This document shows positions 51,401-64,000 of a stretch of 64,000 nt of DNA, piece by piece (positions within the stretch are counted from its first letter, which is position 1; the number at the start of each line of letters is the position of its first letter). A program made the translations under genes and the position numbers. The DNA comes from Lytechinus pictus. Taxonomy: Eukaryota. The stretch covers positions 17,732,001 through 17,796,000 of the forward strand of contig NC_087258.1 in NCBI RefSeq assembly GCF_037042905.1, read 5' to 3'. The notes under the pieces were generated by a model. It searched no databases. It was not told where the DNA came from and saw only the letters and a list, made by a program, of their open reading frames with translations.

Positions 51401-52252
51401 CACTTTGAGTGACGTTGCCTTGCATATCATGAGCCCCAGTTTCTTTTAAAAATTTGAAAGAACAGCAAAGAATGAAAATTCATATCTGAATAGAAATTTT
51501 GTGATTAATACAACAATACTAATCATTTCAATATCAGGAAGGGGGTGAGAATATAGCCCCCTGTAACTTCGAAACCCCCTATGCATATTGATGGATGGTA
51601 ACATTATCTATCCTCTGTCACGCAATACCCCATATTTTTCTCGAAACCTGCCCCGTCCCTTTGTTTACGTTGCCTCGAATTGTCTTTTGATTTCATAAAT
51701 CCCTGGCTTTTTTATATCAGTCTCAAACCTGTCTACTTTTCTCCATGTGCATGGGCCTGACACAGTGCCATTGGCATTGAAAATGGATATTTATAGCAGA
51801 ATGTGATGTAGCCATGATTCTCACCAGCCTTGCAAGCTAACACTTTTGAGTCATTTGGCTACAGAGAGGCCCGACTGACAGAGAGAAGTCGAGAAGTCTT
51901 GCAATTAAAAACAAGTTAAAGACAGGGAGAGAGCAGATAATCTAAGTAATGGGTCGCAACCTTCCTCACCTATCGATTGCTCTGGATACTGTTCGGCGGC
52001 CGCGGAGCCTTATCATCTGGTTTTACTCTGAGCCATCTTACAAAAACATTTGATCTTCCAAGAACCATCTTCCAGTCTTATCTCCTTGGAAGGTTGCTTG
52101 ACCTATGTGTTTCTTGAAGACAGCATCTCAGCTAGAATGTAATTCATTTCAGTGCTCCTTTAGGAAACACCACATCAGTGATAACCGATAGGGATGATTT
52201 AATTTTGGAGACTGCATACAGATGGGAAGTCTATCCCTTTATTTTCCAGGAT

Positions 52253-52311
52253 ATGAATGTAGGATCGGAGGATCGCTGCAGGAAGTTTGTCAATGCTCAT
52301 GATCTGGTTTG
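52253..52311 (+). CDS. Weak candidate short coding exon MNVGSEDRCRKFVNAHDLV(W/C), phase 2 donor
   Basis: ATG-initiated 19 codons then TG|gtgagc; possible acceptor ccctttattttccag at 52249; lies in a repeat-free island. Confidence 0.25.
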
Positions 52312-53167
52312 GTGAGCGAGAGACTTCGTCTATAGTCATCCGATCGATTGTAGGGCTGTTAGTATCCCTGTTTAGGATCGGTTGTGCAACATTCAATACT
52401 TTGATACCTCATGGATATGTGATAATTTGATTATAATTTGGATGTCTTTCCATAGGCAGAAGTTGTTTTCTCCCCTGGAAATAAAGGTGAATGGGAATTG
52501 AGGAGAAATATAATTGATGTAAGCTAAAACTCCTGATTCTAATTTCTTCCGGTTTTATTGTATAAGATTTTTAGTGTTCTTTCAGGCGAAAAGACCCTTT
52601 TCAGATATTTTTTTTAATCCTGTATTAACGTCTAACATTTTCTTGGTTTCCTCAAGTCTTTAATTCTATTTAGCCTCAACCATTTCCCCAAGCTTTATTT
52701 GTTCCTATTCATCTTATGCTCTCTCCCTTTCAACTTCTCTTATGTTGATCCCAAATAAGTTTTTTTTTTATAATGTCACCTTGCCCCATATCAATATATC
52801 ATTTCTCAACATAATTTCTAAATCATAAATTTGTCTTTTCATTTTATGCTCTCCAATACCTGTCTAATCTCAAGAGCTCTCCTCTCCCTCTCCCTCTCTC
52901 TCTCTCTCTCCCCCTCCTGTGCAATGACAAATCACTTTTTTTTTAACCAGAGAGCATTCCAAGACAAATCAATATTTACTCTAAAACCAGTGAACCCTTA
53001 TGCCAAACAGGAGTGAAAACTTACTTCAACCATGGTCCATGCTCAAACTTTTGCTCTAGAGCATAATATCCCCTTTTTATTCACTGTATTGAAGTGAATT
53101 AAACATTCCTCTCCCTTGCATTCCGCTTCATTCTCCCTTCTCTTTCCCTTTACTCCTTCCCCTCCCC

Positions 53168-53316
53168 TAGTCTGCTGTGCAAACCCTTCACTCAAGTAAA
53201 GGGTCTGAATTGCAGCCTACTCATGCCTTGTGTACTGAAGTTTTGTATGTGCTAGTCTTTGCGTGGAGACACACTTGTTGATCAAAGTTTCAATCAGGGT
53301 CTGTGCCTGCAGACTA
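53168..53316. mobile_element. TAGTCTGC-terminus MITE copy 2
   Basis: Reverse complement of 8371-8536 with small indels. Confidence 0.8.
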
Positions 53317-53553
53317 TTATCATGAATATAATCCACCCCTCCCCCTCGCACCCTCTTTCCATTCACCCCCCCCCCCTTCCCTTGCACCCTCTTTCTACTT
53401 CGGCTTCTATTCCTGTATCTTAAGATAGATTACTCATCGCACATTAATTAATTGATGGAGCCACAGTTATGTAGTACCAGCCCACGGTTAATTATTTAAT
53501 CTGCCGACAAATTCTTGATGGCCACTAACGCTAATCTTCCCCAACCTGATTAA

Positions 53554-54040
53554 AGGGGAAGTTCACCCTGACGAAAAGTTTGCTGTAAAAATACCAGAAA
53601 GAAATAATTAACTATGTTTGTGAAGGTTGAGGAAAATCCTTTTAAGATTAAGAAAGTTATTAGAATTTTATTTAGTGTTTTATTTGTGACGTCGTATATG
53701 AGCAGCTGCCTCATATGTCGTGTAGTATAAAATGCATAAATTTCAAGTGATGACTAAAATTTTTTTCCTTACATGAGTGGGTGTCAAATCGATCGTCTGT
53801 TGATATTCTGAAGGTACAATAAAACCCATTTTCAATTTTTTTGAGAATATGATGTTTCATTGATATTTTTCAATCCATGGTACATTGGAAAGCTGCTCGT
53901 ATATGATGTCAAAAATAAAAAAATAAAAATTCCAATAACTTTTCAAATCTTTGATGGATTTTCCTCAAAGCGTCATCTATTTCTTGATCATTTTTTCTGC
54001 TATTTTTACCATTAACTTGTTTTCATGGTGAACTTCCCCT
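53554..54040. mobile_element. Kolobok-type MITE, third subfamily
   Basis: TTAA-aggggaagttcacc ... ggtgaacttcccct-TTAA. Confidence 0.9.
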
Positions 54041-57000
54041 TTAACTTCCTGACTCTAATTATCATAAACATTATATAGTGATCATCAAGTTCCTGATCCC
54101 AAAGGGTTCGATATTTTCTTAATTTTGTTTTAATTGACCTGACCTTGTATGTATTGCTCCTAAGAAGTCAATTGACAACTTAAGCCTTTAAATTACTTGA
54201 AGCACATATTTCTAAGACACCTGGCGCTGCACAGTGGCTGCCGGGCCTACGATCAATGGGGTGAAATGAATTTTTTGAAAATTTCTATTTCAGATTTCTG
54301 TTTGAACAATAAAATATATTTTTCTCTTATATTTCATTTGTCAAGTTTAAGCCCCATCTTTCTGCAGGAATGCCACTCAGCGCCTTTTCCTTCATTGCTT
54401 ATCCTCCGATTTTATATGTAGACCCATAAATGAGGGAATGTGATAAAACCCTCTGTGAAACGTGCTGAGTTGGATTCCTGCTGCATGTAAAAAGACTGAG
54501 CTTGGGCATTTGTGAGGGTGTATTAGTATAAAGAATGTTTGTATCCAAAGTTTGAAATTGCTGTCAGTTTAAATGATAATTTGAAGGATTAAATCATAAA
54601 AGAAAGGTGTAATCTTTAAAGGTAGTTTAAAAATGAATAAATAAAAAAAAAGTCTAAAAATGGGAGAAAATGGTTACTGATAATTCAGCTTTTTATCTCT
54701 TTGATTATATTCTTAGTATTTCCTATGAATGGAATGGTAAGAAAATTTTAGGATGAAATCTTCATATAGTTCTCTTGATAGAAGTATAATCTGAATATTT
54801 TACTACATTAAAAATAGTTATGTTCATCTCATTAGCCAGCATTGGCAAGGCATATGATAATATTGACAAGTCTTTAAATACCAGGAAAAAATAAGATTGC
54901 AAATTTAAAAAAAATGATGAAAATTGTAAGCAGACTCCATTATTGAAGATGAACTAAATGAGGTTTTGGACCAAAACCTCATTTTATTCATCTTCAATAA
55001 TTGTTTTATCAAATTAAACTTACCAGTTAAAAAAAAGTATGGTATAAAATGTCCTCCTTTTCCCTATATTGCAAGAAGGTAAATATTCCTTTTAATTTAG
55101 ACAAAAGTAAATCACAAACATTTTCTTTGAAAATATAACTGTCTTATTTGATTTAAGTGTAACCACACCATTCAAAGTATCTTATTGATTTGATATCATA
55201 TTGAATTTGCAGACATTTATAGAAAGCAATTATAAAATGCCTCTCCTAACGTTATCTGCAGTCGGATGGAAAGTGACAGGACGTTGAACTCTTGTTTAAA
55301 TCTATCTACTTTGTTCTCTCTCTCCCTCTCTCTAATAGCGTAGGAAATATTTAATATATTTTAGGGGATATTTTGGTGTCCTATCGGGGCAATTGCTAAA
55401 TTTTGAGGGCTATTTCTTTCATTTCAAGTAAATAATACATCAGCACATCCAAGTTTTATTTCTATATTTCAATGAAATTTACACTAAGTTGCCAAAATCC
55501 CGTAAGTGCTTACATTTCTCTGAAAGTAGGCCTATGCTCTAAACTTCTGAATTTACTGTACTGAATTAATATTTGAATGATTTTTAGTTATCATTATCAC
55601 ACATGGATTATGCCCAATCCATAAATTCTCGTTTTCAATTTGTGTAGCGATTTTCTTCAGGGATAGATCATCTGAGAATAATTCATTTTTTGTAGGTCAG
55701 GTGATATGCATTTCTTTTTTTATGTTTTAATATCATACCTTGCCTTCTTAATATAATCGGTCCCTGGATATTGAAGGATGACTGGATAACGAAGACTACA
55801 TGCCGAGCCTCTCAGTAATAACTGTGTACTTTGGCTGACCTGTGAGTTAGCTTAATCACTGTTGACATAATTAATATTAATCTGTAGTCTCTCCCATCAG
55901 CCCTTGATTGGCCTTTTAGGATTTATCAGTTTGATTAATAGCTATTGACACAGTTTGTAGTCTCTACATTCAGCCAAAATGAATATTTAAAAAAGATTCC
56001 ACTTTCCAGACATGAAATTCATAGAGAAGCATTCAAAATTAGGTTGTGATGTTTTGCCTCTCAGATTGAAATTGGTTTTGTGTAATTATTGAAGTGAGAA
56101 TGGGCTTTCATGGCAAAGGAATACTCATAGAGTTATTGGATATACTGTATTCTATATTTCTTAAACTATTGAAATAATTAGTTTCTATGTCAATAAAAAG
56201 GAAGTAGCTTTAAAGCTTTAAAGGGGCAAAGTTACTGTCTTCAAAATGTCTGTCTTTGATTATTTACTTGAAGAGATTTCAGTGATTTTGTCGATTTCTT
56301 GCCTTTCCCATTGCATACACGTGTGTACACAATGTACCTTGCAGTTGCAGGAAAGAAAGGTACCCAAATTAAGTGTGACACTCTACTGTATACTGTGTAT
56401 GGTTACATAGTGCAACCCCCTGGCTGGGCAATGTTTACTTTGAAATGAATACGTTACATGTCTTGAAGACAGACTATCGTTAGTCTGAATACACAGACTC
56501 TGTTTTAAAACTGAAACCATTACAAGTTCAATTTGAGCAGAGCACAGTTTTGTCAGTCCTATGTCCCAAACTACTGAATATATTCAACTGGATGTTGGGC
56601 AATTTCATGTGTAGAGTCTCATCTTCATCATCATTTATCGAAAGTTTTAAATCCGGTTTTATCCCAGTTAAAGGGAGGGGGGGTACTTGTACTTGATTTG
56701 TATTACTTTATATTACTTTGTATTATGTTTTGAATGGAAATGGAATAAAGAATTGAATTGAATTGAATGGGGGGGGGGGTGGATTCACTTTACACTCGCA
56801 GGAATCACTCTTGTCCCATATATCAGATAAAGGCCTTGATCTTTGATTGTACCCAACAATTTAAACCAAGAAGCATTTTGAGGCTTTAAATCAAATATCA
56901 AGATCTAAGAGGCACCCAGATGACTTGCAAATTAGTCATTTGAATGGTCTGCTCTTATACCATCCTTTGTAATAATAATAATAATGGTATTTATTGTAAT

Positions 57001-58877
57001 CTCAAGCAAGCAGATACAAAATGATTTACAGAGTACTATATAAAATGATTAAAATACAAAACATTATCATGAAAATGCCTGTTGACGAGACTAGCTGGTG
57101 GCATGTGGCGGCCAGGGGTTGCACTTCTTGCAGCCAGATGGAGATTTTCTCCAAAGATATACACTCCTGCAGCTTTCCTCCAACTTCGGCCAGCGAATAT
57201 TGACACAACGCAACGCTGCAAGCTGTTCATTGCCCCCACACACCCACTTGTCATCATTCACGTTATGAAGTTGATTCTACCTCGTTGCACTTAGATTTTT
57301 ACCATTGAAGCGGAAAACTTGAGCATCTGGGATGTCCCCGTTTCGGTATAATTTGGAAATTTGTGCACTCTCGTGAAATATTTTTCTAGATTTCTCACTT
57401 CAGTCATGAATGTTTGGTACAATTGAAATATTGGAAGAGGAAATCCTTTATTAGCTCTGATGGATGGATATGTTTCTCATGGATATTACCTGTACTGGAT
57501 TTAACATGTTGGCATTATAAAACCAGCTTTTTCTGTAGAAAATTGCAGCAATAGGAGTTATTAACATTCTGTGGATTTTTTTTGTCTTTCATTTTGAAAT
57601 ATGTTAGTCATGAATATTCAAAGAATGTTAATATTGCAACTGACAAAATTATTTATCACTGGATCTGTGAGATTGCATTCATTATGGAGGTTTGCATTCC
57701 AACGATGTTTTGATCTCGGCATCCAGGTCAAAGTGGAATATTTTAGTTGAGTGGAATTTTGTGAATTTCTTGAATATATTGACATTTTGCAAGCCATCGA
57801 TTTATGGAATATGGAAAGAGGGGATGAGGTAAATTATGTTGTACACATGCCCTGCAAGCGGAAAAGCACACGGATGTGAACCCTTGGTGTGAAGTCCATG
57901 CCTTGCCCGAGGTATTGTTATGAAAGCATAATTTCATGCAGGTTTTTCTCACTTTATAATGATTGAGCAATCTATATGGATTTATTTATGGAATATATAT
58001 ATATATATTCGCTCGATTTCGACATGTTTTGTTTGGTTTGTCGGGCAGAGTTCCTGAACGAAATTGGCTTCTTCTCAGCTGTATGGAGATCGGAATACTC
58101 TTGAATGTGAGGAGGATTTTTGCCAAGTAGATGTGCCATGTGGGAAAGAGTGGTTTGATGACATGTTCATAGGTTTTATACCATAGCAGTGTTGGTAGTG
58201 CTTGTAAATTTAGATATCTGTGATTTAGATAAATTGTTTTAAAACATGCTAACGTCTCAAGATCATGCTAGAAGAATTCATCATTATTTCTTATTTTTGA
58301 ATATTATTGAAACAATGAACCCCCTCTTTTTTCCTACAAGTTTTGGGGGTCTTTATCTATAGGAGTTTCCCCCTCAACCCCCCCCCCCTTTGAATGACAT
58401 TTTTTCTTCTGTTCTTTGTAATTCTTACATTATTTTAATTTGTATGGGAGTTTCAGTATTCATTTGATATTTTTTAAATATAGAATTTGTGAATATCAGT
58501 CTACAGATGTACAGTACTTGCTTTCACATCTCTTTACTGATTTTCATATACAAATAGCGCCTATATCATTTTCAATTTAATGGAAAGTCTCATCCACCCT
58601 GGTTTCTAATTGGCAACAATATCTAGCAACTGTATCTGGCAATTTCTTTATTTGGCAAAGAAAAAAAAATGGATGCCTTGTTCTTCCGACTCTTCAGAAA
58701 TGGCTTTGGTTTCCTTCATTTTACTACCCTAGCTGTCTTTTGAGAACATGTATTTCCATTCATGGATTGTTCAATGTGCTAATGAGATGGTAATAGGTTG
58801 GTAACTGTGGTTTGCCGTTGATGTGTAGGAATAACCTCGCCTTCATTTGTGGTATTGACTTGTATTTTCCTGAGCTG

Positions 58878-59260
58878 CAGTCTCACTGGCCAAACCAACT
58901 CTAGACCGATCAAAGCTAGTATATTGCGTTATTTGAAATGACATATCATCGGTCGGTTTAGAGTCAGTTCGTTGGTGTGACTGTATTATATGCCCCAGTC
59001 ACAACCATGAAACTAAGACACCGTTCTTATTACACTTTCTAAAACTAGTTTACTGGAAACCGATTCAGGAAACCAGTTTGGAAGATCGCTTTGACCGTTC
59101 TCACTACACGTTAAACTTGTTTCCATTAAACTAGTTTCCAGTAAACTAGTTTTAGGAAGGTAGTGATAACGGTGTCTTACTCTAGACCGCTTAATCCTAT
59201 TTCATTATTACCAGTGACAGACCATTGGTCAGTTTTGAGTTGGTCTTGTTGGTGTAACTG
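58878..59260. repeat. Two tandem ~105-bp palindromic units; the second is interrupted by a family I MITE
   Basis: cagtc.ca...ctctagaccg...gttggtgt.actg present twice. Confidence 0.6.
59016..59177. mobile_element. MITE family I internal-deletion derivative, TA TSD
   Basis: TIR agacaccgtt..ctaaaactagtttactggaaac; both ends match 27181-27619. Confidence 0.85.
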
Positions 59261-59395
59261 TAGCGTTACTGTCAAGAGACCCTTGTTGGAATCATGGACC
59301 ATGGAGGTATGGTTCTGCCTTGATTTTATCTCTCCCTTTTGCATTTTCACCAGTAAAACCTACTCCAGGCCGACCCAAGTTGTTACATTATTTCC

Positions 59396-59688
59396 AATAA
59401 TAATAATAATAATAACAGTATATTTACCCAGGGTAGCCACTTCAGTTCCGAAAAATGTTTTCCCAGCGGGCCTTGCTATTATAATTACCCGGCTAAGCTA
59501 GGCTACCTATTCAGGTGCACACAGCTTTTTGAGGAATTACTTCCTGCAGATACCCATTTTACCTGGGTCGAGTGCAGCACACTGTGGATGAATTCCTTGC
59601 TGAAGGAAATTACACAATGGCTGGGATTTGAACCCATGACCCTCTGTTTCAAAGTCCGGAGACTAATCCACTGGGCCACAACGCTCCA
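59396..59688 (-). mobile_element. Full-length tRNA-derived SINE with (ATT)n tail
   Basis: Starts tggagcgttgtggcccagtgg on the minus strand, identical to the 6953 head; B box intact. Confidence 0.9.
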
Positions 59689-60110
59689 CAATGACATACC
59701 ATTGGTTGGTTTGGAGTTAGTTTCACAGGTGTGACTTGTATCATATATCAGACAGAAGAGGAAATTAATTGCATTCCGTATCATAACAATTTATTAATTC
59801 AGTGTTCAAATGTGAACCGATAGTAAAGAATGCTCAGTTGTGAAACTAATCTCGGCACTTCTAAGAATGTGAGATGAATTTGACAAAATAAAGACAAGCA
59901 TTTAACATAATATTGTTCTGTAAACATATATATATATTTTTTTTCACTTTTAAAGTAACTCCTGACTTATAATGCCCATGAGAAACACCTGTAAAAATGA
60001 ATATCAATTTTACATGTCAGATTGTTTTTGGGGGGATAAGTCAGATAACCTATTTCACTTGTTATGGCCAATATTTTTTATTCCTGCAATATTGGCCCTA
60101 ACTCAGAAAA

Positions 60111-60362
60111 TTTTTCTACTATCTATCTCATTATGATCCTTAATATAATTATCTTAAAGTGACAATCTGTCCTATTTCCAGTTTTAAATATTATTCCATA
60201 ATAAATGCACCTTGTATGTGCAGCATTAGAATATATATTAGAAAATATTTCTAATATCTATCTCATTCTCTCATTCTGATCCATGATATAATCATCTTAA
60301 AGTGACAAATCTGTCCTATTTCCAGTTTTAAATGATTATTCCATAAATGCACCTTGTAAGTG
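60111..60362. repeat. Local tandem duplication, period ~137 bp
   Basis: atcttaaagtgacaa(a)tctgtcctatttccagttttaaat..ttattccata..aatgcaccttgta present twice. Confidence 0.9.
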
Positions 60363-61343
60363 TAACATATGGCTAAAAGTGTTTCGAAGCTGTTTTGTCC
60401 GTCTATGGTGGAGGTGAGAATGCAAATTTATGAGCATTTATTCCTTTTGTGTGGGAGGGTGAAGATAGAGATGGACTAAGGTGTTGTCAGGATGTATAGG
60501 GAAAGGATTTATAAGGGATAACGTAACCTTTAGGAATAGAAAATAGAACTCCAGCTATGATTAGGAAGAATAGAGGAAGAGGAAGAGAGAGAGAGAAAAA
60601 AAAGGAGAGGGAAAAAGTGGTTGAACGAGAAGTCAATAAGCTATTGAAAATTACTATCAACTTCAGGATAATATTCATAATCATATTTTTAGACAATCTC
60701 TTTGATATTTTACAAGCTATATATCTGAATATTGATTATTTTTGTAAGTTTGTTTGATCTGATTCTCCGTATTTGAATTTATGGACCAATTTTATGCCGT
60801 CATATATCCCTTTTTTTTTGCGAACACAGTATAAAAATATATTTTAAAGAAATTATTTCTTTTGTATAAATTTATTCACCACTTTAAAAAGGGCCAACAT
60901 ATTTTACTGATAATTCCTCACTTGTACCTGAAAAAACATACATTGATCTGAAATATATTTTAAGGCCTCTTCCACCCTAAGCTTACCTCTGAATTGCAAA
61001 TCATCCTCTTTGCCCATTTTTACTGCGGTTCCTTTATATTGGACAAATACCACAAATTTGGCATTGTCGCATGCAATTTATATCAAGATATTTGAAAGAA
61101 ACAAAGTAAGCGAAGGAACTTTGCATTCATAGTATATTGGACTAACAATCAATTTCGGGCAGAAGGTCATTTACATTGAATTCTGGTGCAAATTTGAGTT
61201 TATTTTCCCAATGATTGCAGTTTGAAATTGAACCAGGAATGGCTAAAGATGTTTGTTTGAAATACAAATAGAAATGAAATGGATTGGTAAATGAGCATGT
61301 ACTTGGAAGCTTTCTGGGTGGTCAAAAGAAAATTCAAATGAAA

Positions 61344-61685
61344 NNNNNNNNNNNNNNNNNNNNNNNNNNNNNNNNNNNNNNNNNNNNNNNNNNNNNNNNN
61401 NNNNNNNNNNNNNNNNNNNNNNNNNNNNNNNNNNNNNNNNNNNNNNNNNNNNNNNNNNNNNNNNNNNNNNNNNNNNNNNNNNNNNNNNNNNNNNNNNNNN
61501 NNNNNNNNNNNNNNNNNNNNNNNNNNNNNNNNNNNNNNNNNNNNNNNNNNNNNNNNNNNNNNNNNNNNNNNNNNNNNNNNNNNNNNNNNNNNNNNNNNNN
61601 NNNNNNNNNNNNNNNNNNNNNNNNNNNNNNNNNNNNNNNNNNNNNNNNNNNNNNNNNNNNNNNNNNNNNNNNNNNNNNNNNNNNN
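61344..61685. other. Assembly gap (N run)
   Basis: Ns in sequence. Confidence 1.
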
Positions 61686-62749
61686 TAGAAATCCTATTGG
61701 CATGTAACATACTTTTTTTGCAAGCTTGTATTTAACAATGTTAAAACCTTTGAGGATACTGTATTTTATATATTTATTTTGGCAGATTATATCTCATTTC
61801 TCCCTGTATAAATGGTGAGCTGAGGCAATGTATGTTCATTCATAATGAATAGAATTCATGACATGATTTACAACATGCCACTGTACCCCGTGATGCAGTT
61901 TTTCAAACAGCCATGACTTTCTTATTTGATGTCAGATTTCTTTCAAACTTTCACCATTCTCTTTTTTTTTCCTGTTTATGTATGTTTTCAAATTAAATCA
62001 TTATTTACCAAGGTTAGATTTCCCTTGAATTTACATACAGTATGCACAAACTTCTTTTGAAGGGTTTTGCTGTTTTTAAGCTTAATTTTTTTTAGTCATC
62101 TTTTCCCCTTCTAAAATTTGTATTAAGGTATGAAGAGGGTTTTGCAGAAAACTAACATCCATTTTAAGTCAATTCTATACATGTCCCCGAACCAGTCTTA
62201 CTCAATTACATATTGCAATAAAGGATTTAATTAATTGCAAATCAATTCATACTTCCACTCCCATGAATTAAAACCAGCACTCATTTGTAAATTTACAATT
62301 GGATGAAAAATCTATTAATAATTTTGGACCATGAAAATGTTCTAAAAGCGGTTTTTACTTTGTTGTTAGGCCCCCTGAGTACATTTTTGTTAGAAACAAA
62401 AGATGATTTGGAAATAATGGAACATCAGAAAAGTTGAGAATTTGCAAAGATTTATTTCTGCAATGTTGAGGAAATTTCATTACTAAAACAGTTTTGACCC
62501 TGAAATCAAAGAGGCTACATTATGAGAAATATGACAGGAATTGACAACAGCTACAAAAACACTTGTCTTGCCTTATATCACTCAAAGCACAAGTATGAGT
62601 AAATGTTGCAAAAATAGATGTCTTTAAAAACACTTCAATGACACATAATCTGGATATTTCAGAGCATGAGTTGGACACTTTGCGGCAATTGTCTTCACCA
62701 TTATTACTCATATGTGTATGTCTCCTCCATACTTTTTTCTGTCATAAAA

Positions 62750-63430
62750 TCTTTCTCCCCCTCTCTCTCTCTCTCCTTTGTTATTTTTGCTCTCACATTT
62801 AAGCTTTTCCTTTTTTTATCCTCACATTTTATTTTTCCCTTCCTTCTTTTTTCATTCAAACTAGATTTTTATTCCTGCTTTTATTCTCATTCTTTATTAC
62901 TACTATATTAATAATACCATTCCTCTCTCCCTCCCCTCCCCCCTCGTCCCCTCCCCCCCTCTCTCTCTCTCTCTTTCCCCCTCTTCTCTGTCATGATTTC
63001 TTTTCCTTTCTCTCTCCAGCTTGACAGGTGGATGTTATATGATAGCACCCTTTTAAATCCAATTCCTCCACTGGACACTTCACCATTTTCCATTAAAGCG
63101 TAAAGACTACTTAGTAGGTATAGGCTGGATACATAGAATGGCATTTTTTTGTTTTTTTTACTTTTGTCTTTACTTAAATTAGATAGGGATGAAAAAAATG
63201 TAAATGGAATTGGGGATTGAAAAAAATACATTTGTTTCAGATGAGAGAAAGAGAGAGAGAGAGGGGGGAGAGATAGGAAGAAGTTGGAGAGAGAGAGGGG
63301 AAGAAGAGGGGATGTGGAAGGAAAGGAAGAAAAGGAAGAAAAGGAAGAAAGTGAAAAGGAGAACAATGAAAGAGAGAATAAAAATTTTGGCAAAAACTTA
63401 GTAAGGAGAGAAAAAAAAATGTAGGGAAGA
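62750..63430. repeat. Polypyrimidine tract (62750-63015) facing a polypurine tract (63240-63430)
   Basis: Low-complexity CT-rich then GA-rich sequence. Confidence 0.8.
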
Positions 63431-63496
63431 GTTTGGGATAAAACAGCCATAACTGCATAGTAAGTGGACTAACATTATTCTTTTAAGATAGCACTG

Positions 63497-63738
63497 CACT
63501 GCAAAGACTCTGGTGTTGATTTAAGACCAGCCCGGAATCTATATATGTCCACACCAGAGAAGTGTTAAACAACACCAGTTTCGTTTTGGTCTAACACCAG
63601 ATAGGTGTTTATACAACACCAATTAGTATCAAAACAGCATCGGTTTGATTCCGAACTGGTGTTGTTTCAATACTTCTCTGGTGTGGACATATATAGATTC
63701 CGGGCAGGTGTTAAATCAACACCGGAGTTGTTGCAGTG
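63497..63738. mobile_element. CACTG-terminus (EnSpm-like) palindromic MITE, 2-bp TG TSD
   Basis: About 85-bp arms including cccggaatctatatatgtccacaccagagaagt mirrored exactly. Confidence 0.9.
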
Positions 63739-64000
63739 TGACAATTCCCTAATCAATATCACCAGGAGTCGATTCAGGTACATTGATGCATCCAACAGAT
63801 GGTTTATAATGAATTCACATCTTGCCTAGATGAAATCAAACCCTGTGATCTTGCCTATGGAAGATGGTGATATAAGGTATCCTCAGTGTAGCCATGATAA
63901 ACCTGTTACCTACTGAATTCTGCAATTTCCCTTGGCTTTATTTAGGAATCGTCTGATTCCATTATGCAACAGGTTTAATAGTGCTATGTCAGGCAATATC

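Noticed and set aside
61200-61710. ORFs of 134-167 aa
   Set aside because: Artefacts of the N gap
62908-63450. 180-aa ORF
   Set aside because: Translation of CT/GA low-complexity tracts
1-64000. Autonomous transposase or reverse transcriptase gene
   Set aside because: No long ORF; only short LINE 3' remnants and non-autonomous elements

Overview
Eukaryotic, AT-rich, repeat-dense DNA with no long ORF. The repeat repertoire (tRNA-derived SINEs, TTAA-flanked Kolobok-type, TWA-flanked Harbinger-type and CACT-type MITEs, L2/CR1/RTE 3' ends) suggests a marine invertebrate, probably a sea urchin; this is inference. The window reads as intronic/5' territory of one large plus-strand gene. It holds one well-formed internal exon (16009-16114), one convincing alternative first coding exon (22965-23122) and several weaker exon candidates, mostly ending in phase-2 donors and sitting in transposon-free islands. 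The gene could not be identified. The rest is non-autonomous elements (several nested), three unusual tandem arrays (a hairpin-built satellite with an 82-bp palindrome, a ~105-bp core/spacer repeat, a tandem tRNA-like array), microsatellites and an assembly gap at 61344-61685. Nearly all entries in the ORF track are spurious. No new prokaryote-style system (CRISPR etc.) is supported.
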